The position numbers and the translations under genes were made by a program. A stretch of 64,000 bases of DNA, from assembly GCA_004431415.1 (NCBI GenBank), contig QPMI01000685.1, forward strand, positions 17,935 to 81,934, written 5' to 3'. This document shows, one piece after another, positions 57,954 to 64,000 of this stretch (position 1 is the first letter of the stretch; each line of letters begins with the position of its first letter). The notes under the pieces are model-generated. The model was not told the DNA's origin. It saw nothing but the letters and a program-made list of their open reading frames with translations, and made no database searches. This DNA is from Cyanophora paradoxa CCMP329 (taxonomy: Eukaryota; Plantae; Glaucophyta).

Positions 57954-60848
57954 ATGCAGGCGTTGCGCGAGCTTTTCGGGGGCAGCGCACCGAAGGAGGC
58001 TCCCCCTGGCGAAGAGCTCGCACCCGAGGAAGAGCCCGAGGACGAGCCTGAGGCGGAAATTGCCGAGCAGGCCTCTGACGCCGCCCCTCGACGGACGGCG
58101 TGCACTACGAGTAGCGCGACGAAGCTGCAGGACCGCATTGTGACCGTGGAGGTGCGCGCAACCCAGCCGCGCCTCGCCTTTCTCTGTCGAACAGCTCACC
58201 GAGCCGGCGCCGCGCGCAGGTGCCCCGTATCGTCCCGGTAGAGGTTCGGACGATTGAGGAGCGGCTCCAGTGCGTCGAGGTCGAGGTCCCCGTGCGTCCC
58301 GAGCTCGCCGCGCTGCGCACACGTACGCGCGCGAGCATACGGTCCCTGTAGGTGCCCGTGCACCGCGTCCTCGAGGTGCCATATTCCTCTAGTCGCTTTG
58401 ATCCGACTCTACGCGCGCGGGCCGGCGCCCCGCGCGCGGCCTTGCCTTTCTGCGCGCCCTAGCCTTCGAATTCCCGATCTCAGGTCCCAACCGAGCGCGT
58501 GGTCATCCAGCGCGAGATCGTCGAGCGCGTCGTCGATGCGAGCCGCCTCCCGCGCCGCCGCCCGCGCCCGCGCCCTTCTATCAGCGAAATGATTCGCCGC
58601 GCGCGCAGCGCCCCGTCGTCGTCGAGAAGCTGGTCGAGGCGCGCGGCCCCGCTCCCCCGGCGCAGGCAGTACTTTAGACGGCTGAACTGCGCGCAGGTCC
58701 CTGTCGAGAAGGCGCGAGGGCGAGATTCGAATTCGGGCTTTCAAGGGGAATTTGATCCGGGCCGGCTCGCAGATCGTCGTGGTGGAGAAAGAAGTCGAGA
58801 AGATCATCGAGAAGCCCGTGTACATAGAGGCGCGCCCCGTAGTCGAGCCCCCGCCCGACCCAAGGTTCGAATTCGATCCACGCGGACAGGTCCCGAAGGA
58901 GGTGGTGCGGGAGGTGCCCGTACCCCTCGAGACGATCCGCGAGGTGCCGGTCACCGTCGAGATCATCAAGGAGGCGCGCGGCCGCCGCCACTGTTATCGC
59001 CCCGCGCGGACTCGAGCCCGGGCCGCCACGCGCCGCAGGTCCCCGTCGAGCGCACCGTGATCAAGGAGGCCCGCCCCTGCCGCGGCGCAGCGGTACCCGC
59101 CCGCTAACCCCGTACCCCCCCCGCAGGTGATCCGGGACCGCGTGGTGGAGGTCCCCGTCACCGTTCCGGTGCGCCCCCCGCGCCGCCTCCCCGCCCGCCG
59201 CCTCCCCCGCGAGGGGCGGGGGTGGGGGCGGGGCCAGGTGCGGGTGGAGAAGGCGGTGACGGTGGAGCGGCCGGTGGAGCGCACCGTCGAGCGCCCCGTC
59301 GTCGTCGAGCGGCCCGTCCAGGCCCGCCCCGCCCCGCCCCGCCCCGCCCCGCCCCGCCGCCCCGCCCGGCCCCTCACTGGCGGGGGCGCAGGTGCCGTGC
59401 GAGCGGGTGGTGGTCGTGGAGCGCCCCGTCGTGCGCGAGGTCGAGCGCCCCGTCTTCATCGAGCGCCGCGTCGAGGCCCGCCCGCCCCGAGCCCAGCCGA
59501 GCCGAGCCGCGCGGAGCCGCTCCGAGCCCGGGGTGCAGGTGCCGGTGGAGCGGGTGGTCGAGGTCCCCGTCTTCGTCTTCCCCGACGGCTCCTCCCGCCG
59601 CGCCGTCCGGCCCCGCACCCCCGCCCCTGCTCTCCCGCCCCGCCAGGCCTCACCCGCCCGGCAGGAAGTTCCAGCGGCCGCCGCTGCCGCGGCGGGTGCC
59701 CCCGAGGCGCCGGCGGCCGTGCCGGCGGCGGTCCCGGGGTCCTCCGAGTGCGATGCCGGAGCGCAAAGTCGCTTCAGCTGTTCTCCCGCCTCATATCCGC
59801 CCCCGCAGGGAGCCCCCTCCGGCGGGGGCCCCGCGGGAGGAGATCCCCGCCCCCTCCGCGGCCGCAGCGGACGCCGCCGCAGCGCCCGCTCCGACGGCGT
59901 TCGAGGGCGGGGCCGTCATCGGCGGATTCAGGTCCCCTCCCCCTCCCGCCCCGCCCCGCCGCCCGCCGCCGGCGACCGAGGCGGGAGGGCGCGTGGCGCC
60001 TCCTCCCGCGCAGCACGGGGGTGAGCGCCGACGCCGGCGGGGCGGCCGGCCTCTCCTCCTCCTCCGAGCTACGCACCGCCTCGCAGGCCTCGACCCTGCC
60101 CGACGGGTCCCCGCGCCCCTCCCCCCCGGCAGCGCCCGCCTCGCCCTCGCCCTCGCCCGCGTGCGAGCGACCCTCGCGCCCCCCGCGCAGGTCGCTGGCG
60201 GTGACGGCGCAGGCGACGCTCACCGCCACGGGCCTCGCCGCCGCCATCCTCCGCCCCGCCCCTCCACCGCGCCGGCGCCGGCGCTCGAGGCGATCGCGGA
60301 GGGCGAGGAGGGCGAGGAGGGGTCGGGCCCCGGCGGCCGCGGGGCGCCCGAGGCGGCGGCCGCAGGCGAGGACGACGAGGGGGGCGAGGAGGAGCTCGAG
60401 GCGGGGGAGGCGTGGGGCCGGGCGGAGCGCGGCGGGCGCCCCGAGTTCTCCGACCGCGCCACCGCCGCCCACGAGTCCGAGGTGCCCGCCCCGCGCCTCC
60501 CCGCGCCCTGGCGGCCCCCAGTGCCCCTGTTCTGAGGGGGCGGGGCCAGCACCTGGGGCTGCAGCAGCCGCTGGAGGGGCTGGAGGCGGACGAGGCGGCC
60601 CTCTCCGACGTCGAGCTCGGCCTCGAGGCCCGCCCCGCACCCCGCACCCCGCCCGCCCCCTGAGAGGCCGGGGCAGGAGACGGGGGAGCTGGCGGAGCGC
60701 GAGGCCGACGCCGAGCGCGCCGACGAGCGGGTCCGCTTCTGCCCCCTCCGACCCCGTCTGACCGGACCCGACCCGATCCGGCCAGGCGCGGGCGGAGGGG
60801 CGGGCGCGGGCCTCGGAGGCGGACCGCGACGGCCCCGCCGCGCCCTGA
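57954..60848 (+). CDS. Epiplastin/articulin-like (VPV-repeat) membrane-skeleton protein
   Basis: Many short exons encode V/E/R/K/P/I repeats: VPKEVVREVPVPLETIREVPVTVEIIKE, VERPVERTVERPVVVERPV, VPVERVVEVPV. Confidence 0.8.
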
Positions 60849-61662
60849 CCCGCGCCCGCGCCAAGCGCCCGGCCCCGCCCCGGCCCCGCGACGCCGGCCG
60901 CCACCGCCGGCAGCGACGAGTCGGAGGGCGCGCGGGCCGCCGCCGCCGCACGGGCGCGCGCTGAACCGCCCCCCCCCCCCCCCCCCCCCCCCCCGCGATC
61001 GCGATCGATCCGCTGCATGCACGTGATCACGAATTCGAATCCGAATGTGTTCGTCAAGCTCAAGGCTTGATCCTGGAATAATTGTAAAAATCGAGAACAA
61101 GCAAGGGCATATACACGTGTCAAGTTTATTGCGTATCACAGTACTACGGTACGAGATGCAAGCACGATTATTTATTAATGAGGATCGAAGAGTAGGAACG
61201 TCAACGCGACGACAGCCTGCAATTGCAGCTTACTAAAGTTACGAAGTTACGTATATACGTACACACTTCAGTGCGGTGGCGGTCGCGCGGCCTAATATCA
61301 CGAGTCAATCATGACCAGAACTACATCAAACCCTACTAGCTATGGGCTCTGGCTATCAGATGTGGAGAAACTGCCAGGCTGGAGGGTCTCGAAAATCTTG
61401 TTTGTATCGAAAAGTATATATTACTAATATAAGTATTTTGTGAACAGGTCGGGCGAACTAGAGTACAAAGCGGAAACGTCTATCGAAAATGAATTCGCCT
61501 ATTAGCAATGAATACTAAAAGCACGCGCAGAAATCACGAGAGCAGGCCGCTGAATGAATACGGCAAAAGATATTTATCGAAAAAGTCGTATCGCAATCGA
61601 GAATGTACTACCTACGGGCATCAAGTGGCTTGCGCATCAGGTATGAGGAGTCCTAGAGTGCA

Positions 61663-64000
61663 CTACGGCGAGGAGGCGCGGCGGGCTCGGCGGGCGGCGA
61701 TCACGGGGTCGGGGAGACGGGGCGGACGCCGGCCTCGGGCTCCTCGCCCTGCCTCCCGGAGAGCTGCGCGCGAGGGCGCGGGGTCAGCTCGGAGGCGGCG
61801 CTGGAGGAGGGAGACGGGGGCGGGGCGGGGCGGACGAGGGCGGGGGAGATGCCCGCGAGGGTCGAGGGCGAGGAGGGGCGCCGCGCCTGCGCCGCCGTCA
61901 GCGGGGCCGGGCCGGAGCTGCGGGGGCGGGCGGGGCGGGGCCTCGGGGCGGGGCACCTCGAGCTTGGCGATCATGGAGGAGATGTGGGAGAGGGCGCCCC
62001 GCCCCGCCCTCGTCCCCCGTCGACTTGCGCCGGTTGCCCCGCGGCCGCCCAGCAGCGTCTGCACCCGCCCGATCGCCCCCTCCCCGTCCCCTCCAGCGCC
62101 GGCCCCGGGCTCCGGGGCGCCGGCGGCCGAGGCGGGCGGGGCGGGGGCGGCCTCCGCCCTCAAGAGGGGTCGCTCCGCGTCGATGCTGGCGAGCAGCGAC
62201 GCGTGGCGCTTCTGCGCGGGGCGCCCGCGGCCTCAGCGCGGGGCGCCGGCGCGGCGGGCCGGGCGCGGGGCGGGCGCGCACCGCGGGGCTGCCGCTGCGA
62301 GTGGAGAAGGTGGCCGAGCGGCCGACGGGCGGGCGCCGCGGGGCCTGGGCGGGGCCCGGGGGCGGGGCGGCGGCTGCGGCGAGGACGGCGGCGACGGCGG
62401 CGGCGGCGGTCGCCTGGGCCTCCTTGGCGGCGTTGGCTTGCATGGCGGCCATGAGGGACTCGGGGGTGACCGCCGGGGGCCCGAGCGGGGCGGGCGGCTG
62501 GGGGCTCCTGAGAGCCTGGAAGGAGCGGGGCCCCTTGAGCGACGTGTTCGGGCTCGTGCTCTGCGGCGACGTGTCCGCCGAGGCCGACGGCCGCAGGTTG
62601 GCGACCGTCAGCCGCGGCGAGGCGCTCGTCGAGAGGAGGGGCGACGTCGGGAGCGAGCGCGGGTGCATCGCCCAGCCGCCCGCCCCCGGCGAGAGCGAGG
62701 CCCCCGCAGCGGCGTTGAGGGGCGCCCCAGGGAAGGTCGGCGTGCGGGCGCCGTGGCCCCCCGGGGAGCTGGAGCCCGGGAGCGGGTAGAGGCTGGCGTC
62801 GGCGGGGTCCATGGCGACGAAGATGGCGGGGGCGGCGCTGGGCCGCGGCGTCGGCTCGCTGTCCGAGGGCGCCTCGGGGGGCGCCCGGTACGAGCTCGCC
62901 GGCAGCGACTGCGCCTGCGCCTGCGCTGCCGCGGGGAGAGGCGGGAGGAAGGAGGGGGCGGCGCCGGCCCGCGACGAGCCCCCGAAGGTGAACGAGCGCG
63001 GCGCCCGCGGCCGCGCCCGCGGCCCCCGCCCGGCCCCGCCGGGCCTGCGCGGCAGCAGGGCCCGGTGAGGAGAAGGGGCGGGGCGGCGGGGCGGGGCGGG
63101 CCGCACCGGCGCCGGCGTCGCCGGGGGCGCCCTTGGATGCGGAGCGCTCCTGCGCGGGCGGCGGGGCAGGGTCAGCGCGGCGCTCCGCGAGTCGGCGGCC
63201 CGCGCGGCGTGTCTCTCAGGCATCGCGCGGGGGCGGGGCGGACCTGAACAGCAGCGGCGGCGGCGGCCTTGCCGTAGAGCCCGGCGTTCACCGCCCGCGT
63301 CATCGCCTGCCACCGCCCGTCGCCGGCAGCAGCGGGTGACGGGCGGGGCGAGGCGGGGCGGGGGGGCGCACGAGGAGGGCCCCGCGGTCGGCGCGCGCGT
63401 CCCCCTCCGAGTACGGGACTGCGCCCCGCTCGAGGGCGGCGCTCCGGAGCGGGGCGGGGCGGGCGGGGCGGGGCGGGCGGGGGCGGCCTACACTTGCGCT
63501 GGTAGGCCATGAGGCGGAAGCTGACGTCCCGCCCCTCGGGGGCCTCCACCCCGATGTAGTACCACCCTGCGCCCCGCCCGTCGGCGCTGCCCGCGGCGCG
63601 GCGCGCGGGGGCCGCCGGGGGGCGGGCGGGCGCACCGGCTTTGAAGTGGCGGTCGATGGGCTCGACGACGAGCGTCGCCTCCGCCTCGTCCTCCTCGGGC
63701 TGGATCCACCACGTGTGCCGCCCTGGCCCCCGCCCCCTCCCGTCGGACGGGGCGCCGGCAAAGGGGCCGGGGCGCGCGGGGCGCACGCTGGCCGGGGAAC
63801 TTGCACTCCGTCGAGACGAAGAGGCGCGGCTGGCCCTCCGCCTCCCGCCCCGCGCCCCCCTCCTCCTCGTCCACCGCTGCCCGCCCGTCACGAGGCGGCG
63901 GGGGCGACGGGGGCGGGGCGGGACGCGCAGATGCGGAACACGGCCGACTGCCGCGGGTCCGTCACCTGCGCCGCGCGCCCCCGCGTCGGGCCCGGGCGGG
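61663..64000 (-). CDS. Partial gene (5' end beyond window): PPC-like beta-sandwich followed by long Pro/Ser/Ala low-complexity region
   Basis: Exons GQPRLFVSTECKFP|HTWWIQ..TLVVEPIDRHFKA|GWYYIGVEA..SFRLMA resemble the pre-peptidase C-terminal type domain. Confidence 0.5.

Overview
GC-rich, intron-dense eukaryotic nuclear DNA with about 18 protein-coding genes, most broken by short (roughly 55-100 nt) introns, so the ORF track only shows fragments. The host is inferred to be a glaucophyte-like alga (Cyanophora-type). The evidence is a fibrillin and a DUF1810 protein with Phe-containing transit-peptide-like N-termini, a glucan phosphatase with no transit peptide (cytosolic starch), and a VPV-repeat epiplastin/articulin. 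Recognisable genes: RPL38, a Vps62-like gene whose long intron holds two box C/D snoRNA copies, HAT1, lipase-3/P-loop fusion, PAP-fibrillin, CLASP-N protein, DUF1810, ATP-grasp ligase, PPWD1/CYP71, glutaredoxin-like protein, CBM20-CBM20-DSP glucan phosphatase and epiplastin. Two non-autonomous DNA transposons have clean TIRs and TSDs (hAT 39925-40432; CACTA/EnSpm 48741-50102). Best candidates for new biology: (1) a single-pass receptor of architecture signal peptide, ricin-B-like lectin, mucin stalk, REJ, GAIN/GPS, TM, cytoplasmic TIR-like domain (41962-48571); (2) a glutaredoxin-like ORF and a laforin-like ORF only 36 nt apart and in frame (bicistronic, readthrough or alternative-splice fusion); (3) a ~9 kb locus with eight copies of an unrecognised Zn-ribbon, TPR-like helices and a TTC3-like RING. 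Exon structures were spliced by eye, and all domain calls come from motif recognition, not database searches.
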